Shown: positions 26,171-40,062 of the stretch, piece after piece
Layout of the letters: each line of letters opens with the position of its first letter
Numbering within the stretch: the first letter of the stretch is position 1
Assembly (NCBI GenBank): GCA_013265495.1
Contig: MU058781.1
Span: 9,653,009-9,717,008 of the forward strand
Source: Vicugna vicugna
Lineage: Eukaryota
Direction: 5' to 3'
Length of the DNA: 64,000 nt
Position numbers and translations under genes: made by a program
Notes under the pieces: generated by a model
What the model was told of the DNA's origin: nothing
The model's input: the letters and a program-made list of their open reading frames with translations, nothing else
Database searches by the model: none

Positions 26171-28997
26171 TAGTCTGTCTTCCTTTGTTTATAACGTAAC
26201 CATGTGTATAGCGTTCTCATTTATAATTTAGGTATTTGTAGCATTTTATAGCCTATGGAAGGTTTTAACATCCACCCTCCTCTCTGTTTCTTACCATAAC
26301 ACGATGAGATAATGTCAATATTTACTGTGCTTATGTTTTGTAAGATTTGTCCAAGAGCAGATACCTGGTGAGAAAGAAGAAAGAGAATGGCTTACAAATC
26401 AGGCCCTCTTTGCAAGCCTGGAAACTACCCCAGAGCTACTCTGCTGGGCCTCATTATGTTTCTCTCTGGGATTCTGCGCTCTGTTTGCAATGCTATGGTT
26501 ATTTGTTAGCAGAAAAAAAAATATACACACACATACAAAATTTAAAGAAATATTGTCACCTACCTTTTTTGGATTTGGTTGCTGTAGTCTGCCTCTCAGA
26601 AGGGTCTGTGTAGGTGGCACATTATGAGTATATCAGGGGAAGACGAAACAGCCTATGGAAACTCATTCTGATCATTTTATATCTAGGAAAAATGCAGAGA
26701 ACAACAGAAGTAAGTCAATATGTTACAAATTCAAGGTCAGCATTCTATGTCAATGTCTATAGTGTATGAGTTCCAAAGGATTTGTGTCACTATTAAATTA
26801 AAAATGATCCACTTTTATCTGATGTGTAGTGAATTTAGCCATGTAATGGACAGAAACAAACAATACGAAGGATAGAGAGCAAATGCATTTTGTAAGACAA
26901 TCCAAGCTTCTTATGAGCTTCAATATAAGTAATAGAGACCATCTCATCTCTTTGGCTATTCATCCATCTTTAGCGTTAGTGAATTTATAGCTTGTGTTCT
27001 CAACCTTGACCTGAGCCCTGAAGTGCTACGTGTGCTTCAGCAGATACATTTCAGAGGAGTGATTGTACGTCACATGTTAGATATCTTTAACTCTGATCTT
27101 AGGTAGATGGGTACTATTAGAATTGAGAGAGAGGCTCTAGTTTGGCATTTCGGGAATTTCTCCCTGTTTTGTATGTTTATGTGCTGTATGTCCCCTTTCA
27201 TTGTAAGGTTTTTATTCTCCATATTCAGTCTAGTTGAATTTGTTGAGCCATCGGTCATAGAAATAGATCTGCAGGGTTTTCATCAATGATATTTTTCATT
27301 GCTAATGTATTTTGTAACCAGCCAAGTTTATGGATAACCCAGTCTGAGTTCTCTGAGAGGTGCGTATCAAAGCAGGTTTCTCCTCCTTGCTGAGGAATTT
27401 CTGTTTTCCATCAGAGTTCAGTGGGTCATGCAGGGCCATGCCAGTCACTCAACTTGCGCTCAATATTGAGGCAATTTCTTGCTCTCACTATTGAGGCATT
27501 GTCCTTCTGTATAACTTGTATTTGCTAAATCAGACCAAATTTGCCATTAGAGTGTTGTAAATTCACCTCTTAAATTCCTTTGGAATTTCTTGTTATATTC
27601 ATATTTTTAGAGTCTTCACACCAAGCAGAGTTTTTGCCGCCCAGCTTTATTATCACTGATGAAAGAAGGCAAGAGGAGCAAATCCCTATTTTTGTGCACC
27701 TTTGGCTACATACTTGTAATAATCACTATTTGATACAGAGGACAACTAATTAAAAAATGCTTAAGTTGAATAAGTTAAATCTCTTTATCCAGCACTGTAG
27801 AAAAATGACAACACAACATGTGTACAGTTTAAAATGACTTGTTGAAATATTTTTGGCTAGATTGGACAGCCCTCTCTACGGATAAGCCCGTTTGATTTAT
27901 CACAGTTTTCCATATTATATATTTAAGTCATTATTCTCAATAGCCACAGCTCATTTTTTCTACTGATAATGGCTCTATTTTGCAACTTATAAATATAACC
28001 AAAAATACCTCTACCTGTAATTTTAAAAATTGAAGAAAAAACCCACTTTAATTGTCATGGATTGAATTATGTAGTAAGCTCAGGACTGAAGTTATGTAAC
28101 TTGAGTTATACAACCTAAGAGATGCCTGGAGTATCGGGAAGGAGAATGGAGTAGGGCACGTAGTGATGTGCTTAGAATGAGCCTACTTCTGCCATTATTA
28201 GAAGAGAGTTCTCTTTTTATCTATTATATATTTTACATGCAGTGATCTTTTCTCTTTGGCTCTCCAATTTCCAGTTAGCTCTTTCAGTGGTGTCATCTTT
28301 TTTCCCTCTTTCTGACATAAAAAGGGCATTAACTGGAAATTGTAAATAGCTTTGAACTATTTAAGGAGGGGAAGAGAGAGAATTTCCCCGGCCTCACGTA
28401 TTTCCACATCTGAATCTAGGACATAGAACATATTGATACGAGTTCCCTAGTCATGTCTATTTGGAAGGATTGCATACACACTTTAGTAAATTTTGGCAAA
28501 AACCATGTCCTCCGTTGAGGAAGTGCCTGTCCTCCTCTTGTGTCATTTCCCAGCCCTGGAGTCTTGTTTACACCAAGCTCCTTTGTTACAGATTCAACAT
28601 AAAGGTCTTTGATACTGTGGGGCCTATCCCTGACTCATTATTAGCTGACACTTTGTGTCTGGCTGGCAATTTTTCCATGAGTGGTAAGGTCAGCCTCATA
28701 CAATATTACACAACCTTCCTCCTTGTCTTGTGCGTCAGTGAGAATCAAATGACTCTTCAGAGTGAAAAACAAAATCTTGGAGTAGGGTAGAAAGATGACC
28801 AATCTCTAAATAAAGCAAACCAATGTTCAGACTAGAAGGATTCTCTCATGTTTGTTGTGCATTTTACTGGTTCTCTGTTGAGAGCTTTCTCTTGCTAAAA
28901 GGACTCTTAAAAATTTTGTCTTTGCTATAGGTAGTCATCATCTAGAATTTGTGGTTCCCTCTTTAATAAAGTTATGGAACATTTGAAGGCTATTCAG

Positions 28998-29185
28998 GGT
29001 CAGCACAGTGTAGGGAACAAGGTATTGAGTCAGCAGGTGCTCATTGCAAGGACCCTTAACTTTTCACTCAGTCTGTGACTTCGTCTGTACCATGGAAATA
29101 ATTGTACCTACCTCACAGGGATGATGCCAAATTTAATGTGTGGAAGATAACTTGGCAAATTGTAAAAACTTACTTAAACGAAATG
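28998..29185 (+). mobile_element. MIR SINE
   Basis: 'cagcacagtgtagggaaca...ttgagtcag...tcgtctgtaccatggaaataattgtacctacctcacaggg'. Confidence 0.65.
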
Positions 29186-32100
29186 GGCTGCTGTTTATCT
29201 AAGAGCCAGAAGAGTTTTCTGTCATTACTTGAGAGAAGGTTGGGGTACTGGGACCTCTTGGAAATTGCAGCATACTGTTTTAGAAGGAGCGATGTGATGA
29301 ATATTGGCTGAAACTAGCAGGATTTTTCAATAGCTCGATTGCAACACTTTTTGCTTTGCATCTGTAAGGCTACTACGCTATATTGGAAAAATCTTCTCCC
29401 CTTAACCATGAAATTAAAAATGGAACTGGGTTTGAGGTAGCTGCTATTCTTTCAGTGACTTTTGGGCAGTATATTTTGAGTAATTTGTTCCTTACAGCTG
29501 TTTCTGTGCTGACACCCGTCCTCTTTCCTCAGTCCTTTCTTCATTGCTTGGAGAGAAGCAGTGGGGGATTTCCATTGACTCTTCTCTGCCCAGTTTTTGA
29601 TGGACATACACTTTTTTTTTTAAAAGCTGGTATATTATTCAGAGAAAATATAATACATATTTTGAACCTAGTGACGGATACACCAATTAAGGAACCTATA
29701 AATGAGGTTGAACTTTGGAGCCAAAATGATTGTCAGGGCTCGCCATCTTCATTGTGAACATCTTTGCCATTATAATCTCATTTGGCAAAAATGCCGTTAC
29801 CCCCTTGGGAAATGCCTTGCCAAATTTTCATCCTTAATTCTGAATGGATGCCAGGCCCAACTGTTGTCTGAAAACTACTTCACATGCTTTCTTTGTGCTC
29901 TATTCCCTTAACCTCAAGGATTCAGCATGTGAACATTGAACAGCCAGAAACTGTAAATAGGAGAAGAGTGCTTTTTAAAAAAATTGCAGTCATTAAGGTA
30001 GAATGCCATATGGGCCCAAGGGGTGGCAAAGAGGGTGAGCGGCTTCTAGTTCATTAAGGCTGAAATATTTATATGAGCAGTAATAATAGCATCATATTTT
30101 AGAATCTGTGTGGTGTGAAATTGAGCACTGATGCAGTTAGATAGTATTGACAGCCCCTATTGGAACTAGGTAAATAGTACCAAGTTCAGGTCTCCCTTTT
30201 TCTTCCATTTCCACGTACACGTGCAAGGAAAGGGCTAGAAAGCAAATGCTGGGCTAGAGTGCTGGGCTATTTATTTACCTGGCAGAGTAGCCTGAAGCTT
30301 ATGTTACTCTGAGTAATTTTTTTCATCCAAATTAAGCACATCTGGTGGCTTGCACAGAAGGGACACACAAATATGTGTTTATTTGGAGGAATGCTTGGTG
30401 GTAAAGCATCCACTTAAACGCTGCCAACCCAGTAGGTCCATTTTGAGTTTTTCCATTTCAGAGCTGCGTGTTTGGATCCCACTTGACCAACACCTATGGT
30501 TTTCTTGTTACCTTTGGAACAGATCAGTTTAGATGGTTCTCCATAGGGATGTTTTTTATGCCCAGCTTCCTGTCATTCTCTCCATGTCAGTGCAGAAGTA
30601 TTTGATTAGTGTATTTAAAGTAATAAAGATGTCAAGTCATGTCACCTTGATTAATGCTAATTATCAGTCTTTAATGGTTACTCTGCTTTGGCCACTATCC
30701 TTGCAGATTGTGATTTTTATGGTTAAAATAGTACCCTGCCATCCAATGGCTTAATCATAAATTCTGGTCTTTCTTCAATGATTCCAAATGCAGTGGTATA
30801 ATCCCAGCAACATACATTATCTTCATTCGTTAAAAGCAAGCAGTGACTTTCATAGGGGCTGATTAATGCATTTATAAGGAGCTTGAAGATTCCTTGTTGG
30901 GATCACAGCAGAGGTTATGATGATTATGCTTGCTGGGCATTAGAATTAGGGCAGTGTTACGTAGGCTGCCTGAAAGTAATTGAAGATTTTCATGCAGTCC
31001 CTGTTTAGCACATTAATGTTGTAAATGAAACTGTAACTGCCACGGTAAAAAAGACTTAGATTTTGCAACCTTAAGATGCCATCAGTATGTGGTTGTCACA
31101 CCAATGAAACGAAGAGCGAGTTAAATGATGGGAAGGTTTTCCTTCTTTAGAACAACAGTCTCGTTGAACAGATTTGGGGTCACTCAGTTTGAAATATCCG
31201 TTGATTAAAATGTCTTTTCCACCAGGGTTTTTCAGGCTGAATTTTCACAGTGCTAATATATGTTTAGTCTTTAATCTCCTTACTCTCAAGCCTGGAGATA
31301 GAGTTTTAAATAAGAGAAAATGTGCCCAGTCCTCTACACATTTGCAAGACCTTCAAGATATGGATAATTTGCTTATGTAAATATAAGCCTGTATGTACCA
31401 CACAATAGTACTTCTCTGAAATGCTGTCTCTTACTGAGGAGAAGCTGAACATAAATTAAAAGCATGCTTTATATTTTATAAGAGCTGTTACTGTCATATC
31501 TTATAACGCGTAGCTCCTTGCACATAGTAGACATTTTAAAAGTATTGTAATGGTGTTACTGAAGGTATTTACAACTTTTTAAAAGATTGTTTTTGAACTA
31601 GTATTACTGTATACCTGTTTCTTCTGTGTTTAATTTTACTATTTTCTATGCTCATAAATTAACCTAGATGGAACTTTAATCTACTGCAATCTCAAATATG
31701 CGAAGTTTTGTTTTCTACTAATTTTATATTCAGTTCTAATGATAATCTGATAATAATCTCTACTAGATCTGACCTCTTACATTTAGACAAAACTCCTTAA
31801 TTCCTAGGAAGGAGAAAATATTTGAAGAAAATTGAACCATATTCATTTTTAAATAGGAAAATGCCAAATTGCATTATAGGAAGACAGTTATTCCCCTAGT
31901 GGTACCAGTTGAGAGGAAGAAACCCAGACCTCAGGGGCCAATCTTAGGAGAGTAGTTCTCTTATAATAGTATATATTTAACATTTCTGGGAAGTGGTGAT
32001 AGAGTTTTGGATGATGATAAATTCTACCATATATATTTCTTTGGCTGGGCATTTGAGGGTATAAGCCAAGCTATATAGTGTTTATTAGTAGGACCCTCAA

Positions 32101-33732
32101 TTTGAAAGCATGATTTGGAGGCACTTTAAGTTCTTCTTTGGGTTTTTACAATGATGACTCACTGCAGTGTCTTTTAATCTGGCCGTCCTACAGTTGGAGA
32201 TGGTTGAAGTGTTAATTTTTATGTGTCCTAATGTGCTCGTTAGATAATGGGTGAGCCAGTGCACGTCTCTTTACTAGAGTGCTGATGTGGAAAAGATACA
32301 GGGGATAACCTCTCCCACAGGAAACCATTTTCTTTTGGAGCTTTGCAAATGTGAGTGGGCCAGGAAGGGATGTTAGAAAGCTTGATAGGGATAAGGAAGG
32401 CCAGGATTAATTGAATTAGTATTAATTGGGAGAAAAGCCTGGAATGGGAACTTAAGGGAGTACTCTAGGTGATCTGTACAGTGATTAATTTACCGTGAAG
32501 TCAGTACCTATCCCCAATGTGTTTATCTACTTAGTCCCATAAATGTAGCATTCCCCTTAAATTGTGGATGGTGAGTCTCATTAGAATAAACAGAGACTTT
32601 TCTATGGGTGCCAAGAATCACTGGATGCCACAGAGGTGTAGTCTTTAGAATTACGTCGTGTATGATTCTGCAAAGAGAAATACAAACTGCTTGATCAGAG
32701 GAGGTGTTAGCCGTGTTGCTTAGTCTCTTACTGTGTGATTATTTTCTTTTGTTATTTTGATAAGTTAACATTGGCTCATGTATTCAATAGGAATATTTTT
32801 TAGTTTTTTTTTTTTTAAGCCCCAAGGCTTCTGTTAAAAAATGCAGGTTAATTCTCAGGGGCTTTCAAAAGCATTTCTGCATCATGCTACTAATTAAGAT
32901 AAGGTTATCATTTTAAGTTATACCAGGAATGCAATTAGAGCTTCTAGTGAGAACTGTAGCAATCAATTTTATACAAATTATTCAGACCTTCTAAGGTAGA
33001 ATACAGTTTTAATAGGACGAGTGAACGTACTGTGGTTTATTAGATATCATGTGAATTCAAATGGCACCTGAACATGGCATCTGTAACCCATCGTGTGTCC
33101 AAGTCACTGGGAATTCAGTTCAACAGCCTTTCATGAGAAGAGATTTAATAATATGCCTTCCACTCTCTATTGTTCAGTGCCCATTATTTTGGATTTGAGA
33201 GGGATTTTTGTTTTCGGATTTGAATGGTTTTAGACATGAGAAAGTCAGCTGTGGATTACAAAGCATGTATTACCTAGCCCTCTTGTTTGTCTGAACTGAC
33301 GGGGGCTGCAGAGAAGTCTGCTGGCCCCACTTGCTTGCTTTTTACTTTTGTGTGGTCTGCAGAGCCAGGTGACCAGCTGACAGTGTAATTAATTTTTCTG
33401 TGCTATCCGTCTCTGCTGCAGAGTATTGGGTGTTGGATAAGAAAGTTACATGTCTTAACCTGCCAGTGGTCAGTAATTGCTTATTTATTAAACGGATACC
33501 TGTCTTCTCAGGATGTATGAGGATGGCAGCGTTGAATAACTCCTGAGAAGGTTGTGTATCTTTTCCTCCTAAGATCACTGCAGGTCATTCAGAGCTCTGC
33601 ATTAGGACGTATATGTATTAAGGACACCTTAAAAATATGCACAACATCTTTTCCTTTTCCGTGGTTAGCTTTTATTCTCATTTGACATGTCAGCTGTTGT
33701 ACATTTCGCTGTGTGCCCAGTTACTCAAATGG

Positions 33733-33830
33733 CAGTCATTCATTCAGTTTGCATTTATTGAGCATCTATTGTATTCCGTGTGTTGTGCTAAGTATTTAGC
33801 ATATTGTGATGAAGAAAAGATAGTGCACTA
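33733..33830 (-). mobile_element. L2 3' terminus
   Basis: 'tcattcattcag...catttattgagcatcta...tgtgctaag'. Confidence 0.75.
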
Positions 33831-34023
33831 GTGTCTGTAACATGAGCCTACCTTTCCCACCTCTACAGTTAACCATATAACATCCTCTCTCCTTTCCTTA
33901 CAATTTACAGAGAAAATAAATGCCATCTAGTCCAATCTCCTCCATCTTCTCTCTCCTCCATATCTACTTTCAGCTACAGCTGAAAGGTTTTTTCTTTCTG
34001 TTCAATCACACAGAGAATGTCTA

Positions 34024-34062
34024 ATATATATATATATCTCTGTGTGTGTGTGTGTGTATATA
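34024..34062. repeat. (TA)n(TG)n microsatellite
   Basis: Directly visible. Confidence 0.85.
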
Positions 34063-35269
34063 TTTTTGCTTTCTTACCTTGTCACCAACAACTCAGGTTT
34101 GTTATGAGTCTCCTTATGGTCTGAAACTGATTTGATTTGTTAGTTTTGGCCACCCTCCTGTGTTATTTTCTTTTGTAAAAGAATGCAAGCTAGTTATATG
34201 AATGCTTTAAGGCTAGGAGCTAGATTTTTCTCTTTTCCTGGAAGGATTTTTAGGGTCTAACCATTGTCTCTGGAGAACGTTAGCATATAGGGACTTCTCA
34301 AGCTGTCTGACCATGTCCGTGAAACTCCTGCATATCCGAAGTTACTGAATATCACATGTCATAATTTAAAGTATGCTTTATGATCATTAATTCTCTCCTT
34401 TGCAAGGGCTGATTGGCAAATTTAAGACATAATGGGCATAAACTGTGGGTGCACACTTTTTAGCATTGCTTCATTACAGGACAAATTGATCAGAGGCCCC
34501 CTGCTAGTATCCTGAAAACTAGGCGTGTCCTTTGGATACAGACTACCAGTCCCTATGTTCTCCTCGGACTCTTGTCTGTGGCGTTTGGTACCTCCTGGGT
34601 TTCTGCTCACAGTTCTCCCTTGAACTTTCAGTAGCTTATCTTCTCTGCCTTCATCATGCTACCAGTTAGATTACACACAGAACCAGCCCCCTGCTTGCTG
34701 CCTTCCAGAACAGGCCCTGTGTACATGTTACCCATTTTTTCTGCTCAGTCCTGATTCACCAGTGACAATCCAGATAGAAGCTTGCTGTTCTAAGCAATAT
34801 TTGTGCAAGAGTATTTTCTTTTGGGTCTTTGTTCATATGTATCAGTTCAAAGATCCCTTAGTAGTTCTCTGAAGACATTTAAACAATTTTGTGAATATAT
34901 GGGCATAATGAGAAAGTACACCCTAGTAACTTGGATACAAGATTGGATGTTAAGAGTTAAATTGGGTAAATCCCCCACAAAATGGTATGATTTATCATAA
35001 GTAACAGTTAACCCAGAATTTTCTATAAATACATGACTTAAGATGTTACAAAGCCCCTAGATTCTAACCAAGGTGGTCTCTAGAAAAATGTGCTAATCAG
35101 AAGCATAATCAGAGTACTGTATCCTCCTTTGAAAAAGGCTGTGTAAACATAACCGAGTTAGTGACTAAGAAAGGGTAGAAAAGGAAAGTCACAGAAGCAA
35201 ATGTTGATGCCTATTTAAGTGTAGTCTGGTGGAGAGGAATTCCGGATAAAGGACTTGAACATTCTCAGA

Positions 35270-35515
35270 ATAACTGAATAACTGAGCATGAATTATGGGC
35301 TAAAAACTTTCTCGTCACTGTTCTCATGAATCTTCAGAAGGTCTTTTGAGCGACCCTTTTACTTGGAGGTATCTGCATTTTACAGATCAGGACAATAAAG
35401 CTCAGGCAGGTTCAGGGATTAGCAGTTGGCTTCTTACCAACAATTCAGGTCTAGAACTGGGAGTTGAACTCAGATTCAGGGGCTCCAAGGCCCATTTTCA
35501 CCAGCTGTGCTATGT
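35270..35515 (-). mobile_element. MIR SINE
   Basis: 'tctcatgaatcttca...cattttacagatcaggacaataaagctcag...gaactgggagttgaactcagattcaggggctccaaggcc'. Confidence 0.65.
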
Positions 35516-36211
35516 GACTTTCTTGGACCAAGATTATTTCCCACAAACAAAAGAAACATCTTAAGATCTTCTAAATACACAACACAATCATGTAGCCATC
35601 AAGACCATCAAGTTATAAAATTCCTTACTTCCCTACCCCTCAAAATCCTTCATGCCAGTTTGAAAGCACTCGCCTACTCCTGCCACAAGGTCCTGGCAGC
35701 CATTGGTCTGTTTTCTGGTCCCATCCACATTTCTAGCTGAGATTCACCAACCTGTAGCTAGCTATAACTTGTCTGGGATAAAATATAGGGAATTGTTCAG
35801 ATTGACGGGAACATCTGGTTGAAGTGACAGTTTCATGTCTCATTGTAAATTAATAGATTGTCATTCTGATTAGAATTTGGCTTCCTATTATTGCTTGCTT
35901 AGTAAGAGAGAATTCATTGACATGCTACGTACAGGCATGTGTTTGCTTGAAATTACTCTTTTTTGATAGAATAATAAAATGACGTATGTATGTTTCTGTA
36001 TTTGTGGGAGTGATAAATACAAGTCTGGATCTAAAAATATGCATACATCAAGTTAAGATGCCGGGTACATTCCAACATCTTTAAATATGACTCAGCTTTA
36101 TATTGGGAAAAAAATATTATATTGGTTACTAAAAGCAGAATTGTGTTGAGACACATCCGAAATCATATTGAGTTGCAGAGGGCTTTTAGTTTCAGCATGT
36201 GTCTTGAGCAC

Positions 36212-36490
36212 AGTTCATTCATCCAACAGCTATATATTGAGCATCTTTACCAGGACAGAAGCTGGATAAAAAGGTGGGGTATCGGGTGGAGGGTAGAACC
36301 TTCTCGGTCAAAAAGAAGACATGTGTGAAGTATGTGAAGTGAGGAGAACTTGACGTACTGAATTATGGAAGGAGGCAGAGATAGTCAAAGGAGGATGAGG
36401 AAGCTGACTCGAGGATGGTAGGAGAGCAGCCTGGAGAAGCAGGCAGGACCCAGGTCTGGTGCTGGTTTCCATGGTGTGGATTATGTAGAG
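36212..36490 (-). mobile_element. L2 remnant
   Basis: 'ttcattcatccaacagctatatattgagcatc' followed by purine-rich L2 body. Confidence 0.55.
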
Positions 36491-37089
36491 CATCATTTCA
36501 GCCTCTGGCTCTGCCTGAGGACACGTGACTATTTGTCTCACATCTGTCTGCTGAAGAATTCACACTGTCCGTCCGTGTGCCCTTTTCTCTCATGTATACT
36601 CATCTCCTCCATCTCAACTGGATCCTTTCTACTGACATTGAAGCTTGGTAAAAGCTCTCTCATCTTACACACACACAACCCTTCCTTGACTCCACATGCC
36701 TCCACAAGTACTGTTTTCTCCTCTCCCCTTTATGGCCAGATTTGTTGAAAGTGTTCCTGTCTTCATTTGCTTACTTTTCATTCACCCCTCCCTAGCTTCC
36801 ATCTTCCTCACTGTGTCAGAACAGCTTTACGATGACCTTCGGTTCTCCATCCCGTGGTCCTCCTCTTAGTAAACTTCCTAATAGCATTAAAAGAATACGT
36901 TCTCTTTTGAACACTAACTCCTCTGGACTTCCAGGGTGTTTCAGTCTCCTCTTTTTCTTAATATTTCTGGCAGTACCTTCTCAATCTGCAGTTAATGAGT
37001 TACTCAGTCTTAGTGCTCTCAAAGTCCCCCTTCTGTTTTACTCCTACTGTCTCCAACGTTAGTCTCACTCCCTTCCTTTGCTTATTATG

Positions 37090-37328
37090 AGAGGCAGTAG
37101 CCTCATGTGACAGGTAAGAAGCACAAGCAGCAGGGACAGTGCCTGGGTTTATATCCTGACTGTGTGATTGAGGCAAGCACCTTAATCTCTAATAGCTTCA
37201 TTCTGTGTTAAATAAGGTAATGATCATATCTTCCTCATCTAGTTGTAGTGAGGATAACATGAGTTCACATATGTAAAATGCTTAAAGCAGTGTCTGGCAA
37301 ATGGCAGGTGTCCCTTGAATGTTTAGCC
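37090..37328 (+). mobile_element. MIR SINE nested in L2
   Basis: 'gcctgggtttatatcctgactgtgtga...gcaag...cttaatctct...gttgtagtgaggataacatgag...tgtaaaatgcttaaagcagtgtctggca'. Confidence 0.8.
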
Positions 37329-38100
37329 TCCAAGATCAAGTGCATAGGATTCTGGTGCTTCATCCCCAGGAAAAAAAAAATGTGTGGTCACGTCTAGTGT
37401 TTCCTGCCTCAGTAAGTAGCTAAACCATCCTCTTGTTTTACGCAAGCTGGAAAAATAGATCCCATTCCCCGTGACTCTTTCTTCTCACTTCCGGTTTGTC
37501 ACCAAGCCCTGTCAACTTGACCCACTAAATTTCTATTAAAAGCTTCCATTTTTCAACGTTTCCACTGCCACCAACCCATCTAGAGACATAATCGCTCTCA
37601 TCTTAAGTACTATAAAAATAGGCCTCTCTGTTTTCACTCTATCTGCTCATCACTTACAGCAAATTCTCTACCCTCTTGCCAGAGTTCTCATTTCAAAAGG
37701 CCAACCTGATGATCCTGCTTTGTTTCAGACTTTTCCATGGCTTTTCCATTGCTCTCAATATGATGACCAATGTTCTACTCATGGTCTACCTGTCCCAGCC
37801 TCTGAGGACTCTCTAGCCCATCACCCACCCAACCTCCTGCTGCTCCCTGTGGTCCAACCACACCCATTCACTTTCAGCTGCTTGTATACACCCTGCTCTC
37901 TTCTGTGTGTGCACTTCCCCATGCTGGAGGCCTCTCCCCACTCCTACCTCACTAATGAAGTCTTACGCATCCATTAGATTTCAATTCAAACATCATTTTT
38001 CAGGCAAGCCTTCCTTGATCTATGCCATAGGTAACTATGTTATAAGCTCCCACACATTCTTCTTTCAGAGTATGTGCCTCAGTTTTTCATTGTAGTTGAA

Positions 38101-38626
38101 TGTTGGGGGTTCCCAAGACCACTCTTGGGCCCATTGGTTTGCCATAAGGACTCAAGGAAACTGTTATGCTCATGGTTACAGTTAATTACAGTGAAAGGAT
38201 ACAGATTAAAATTGGCAGAGGGAAAAGGTGCATATGTGGAGGCCAAGAGAGACCAGGTATGGGCTTCCAGTTGTCCCCTCTCAGTGGAGGCACAGGTGCA
38301 GAGCTTACCTCTCCGCTGTAATGTATGACAGCGTTTGCCAAGTATTGCCAGCCAGGGCATCTCACTTGAGCCTTGGTGTCCAGGGCTTCTGTTGGGGTTC
38401 AGTTATATAGACAGGCAGGTACCTAGCTACTCAAGTCTGCAGCATCCCCAAAGGTCAGATTGATACAGTGTGGCCCAAAGCCTCGGGCATACAGGCAGTT
38501 GTACCTGTAGAGATACTCCAAGGACTAGGAGGCTGTTTCCCAGGTGCCAAGCCGAGGATACACTCCTGAAGACGGGAGTGTGCAGGGTTTAAGCAGCCCA
38601 GGCCTCCTAGTTTTCCCTTTCCTGCA
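38101..38626. mobile_element. ERVL-class solo LTR, MER77/MER68/MER21 group
   Basis: TG...CA termini; 'tgttgggggttcccaagaccac...ttacagtgaaaggatacagattaaaat...gggaaaaggtgcat...cttccagttgtcc...gagccttggtgtccaggg'. Confidence 0.8.
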
Positions 38627-39444
38627 TGATTCCAGCAGTGCTGCTATCTGATTAATGTCTATCTTCCTAACAGACTACATGAGAGCAAAGTCTGTAACTA
38701 TTTTCACTCAGCATAATATACCCAGCTTTTATCATGGCTTCTGACTGATAGTAGATGCTGTATAAATATTTGTTGAATGAATGAATACAATCTACTTCTT
38801 ACTGCCTTTCTTTCTTTTCAGTCCATACTGTGCTCTGTATCTTTCTATCTCACTGTTTTCATGTCCTTTTTCTTTATTATGGAGTCTTGTCATGTGTTTT
38901 ATGCCTAAAGTTCTTTCGTGCTGATGAATGTTATGTAGTGAGCACCTAACATATTTACTATATACCTTTAACCTTCAATTGTATTCCTCTACTTCCAAGT
39001 GCTACTGGCCTGTATTTTAAAAACAATTTTCAAAGGGCAAATGTTTTTCACATTTATCCCTGAAATACATGTAGTCAGTATATTGGATTGTGTGATATCC
39101 ACTTACATCATCAGAGTTATCTCTAGGAGAGTGAGGTATTGATCCAGCATTTGCCTTAAGAATTTCAGTAACCAAGTCATGCTCAAATTGAAGCCAATGA
39201 CTGCGTTGAATTCTGTCCTGGCTGTATCAGAAATAAAGGGGGAAACTTCCTTGGAATGAGGGTGTGTGTCCCCATTCTCTCTGTGAGATGGAACAGAGAG
39301 AATGTCCTCCTGATGATCATCAGCATCTTCATCTTCATGGTCCATGAGACATCCAAGGGCTTTGTTGCACTTAGTCCTTTTGCTGGGCCAGGAGTCGAAA
39401 GGTGGCAAGTCCACTTTGGCCAATGAATTTGAATAAATCTCCTT

Positions 39445-40062
39445 TCAGATTTTCTTTATTATGGTAGTACTGGATTTACAGCCCAAAGTATAAAATAAAT
39501 ATCCATGAAATCTATACGGATATAAAAGAGTTGCATAAATAAATGAATGGGAGAGAAGAGACAAGTTTTCCCCTGCAGGAGGATTCCGAGTAATTTGTGT
39601 AGCTATTCTGCCCACGAGTAGGTGGGACGTAACTTCCCACACTCCAGTGTGGACTGCACTTAGGTCCCTCCAAAGAGCACAGTGTGGGGAATTGGGTGGG
39701 GTGCGGGAGGAAGAGTAGTTTTCCAGGAGAGGAGTGCCAAGCACTAATACAGCCCAGTGATCAAGGTCAAACTGTCAAGATCATCAAAATCAAGGGAAGT
39801 CTGAGAAACTGGTATCCTAGAGGTGCTTAAGGGCACATGACAAATAAATGTTATAGGGTATCCTTGATGGAATTCTTGAACAGAAAAAGGACATTAGGTA
39901 AAAACTAAGGAACTCTGAATAAAGTATGGACTTTAGTTAATACTGTATCAATTTTTCATTGTGACCAATGTAAGATGTTAATAAGAAGGAATACTGGGAA
40001 CCCTCTGCACTGTTTTTTACATTTACCCATATTCAAAGGTATTCTAAAAAGTTTTTAAAAGA
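39445..40062 (+). mobile_element. L1MC/L1MD 3' end
   Basis: 'agcccaaagtataaaataaatatccatga...gaacagaaaaaggacattaggtaaaaactaagga...gaataaagtatggactttagttaata...attctaaaa'. Confidence 0.85.

Larger units (their letters stand above)
36570..38788 (+). mobile_element. Long L2 remnant interrupted by a MIR and an LTR
   Basis: Pyrimidine-rich L2 body ('ctctcttga', 'caccaagccctgtcaa', 'ccactgccacca', 'aagccttccttga'), ending 'agtagatgctg...aaatatttgttgaatgaatgaat'. Confidence 0.7.

Noticed and set aside
30338..30352. CTCF-like motifs here and near 31893 and 60280
   Set aside because: Each mismatches the G-rich core; cannot be supported without a PWM scan or ChIP data.
33512..33550. Possible 39-nt exon
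   Set aside because: Weak donor (AAG|GTTGTG), short pyrimidine tract and no recognisable peptide.
39686..39707. G4-type motif
   Set aside because: Lies within the G-rich part of an old L1 3' UTR, so it is explained by the repeat.
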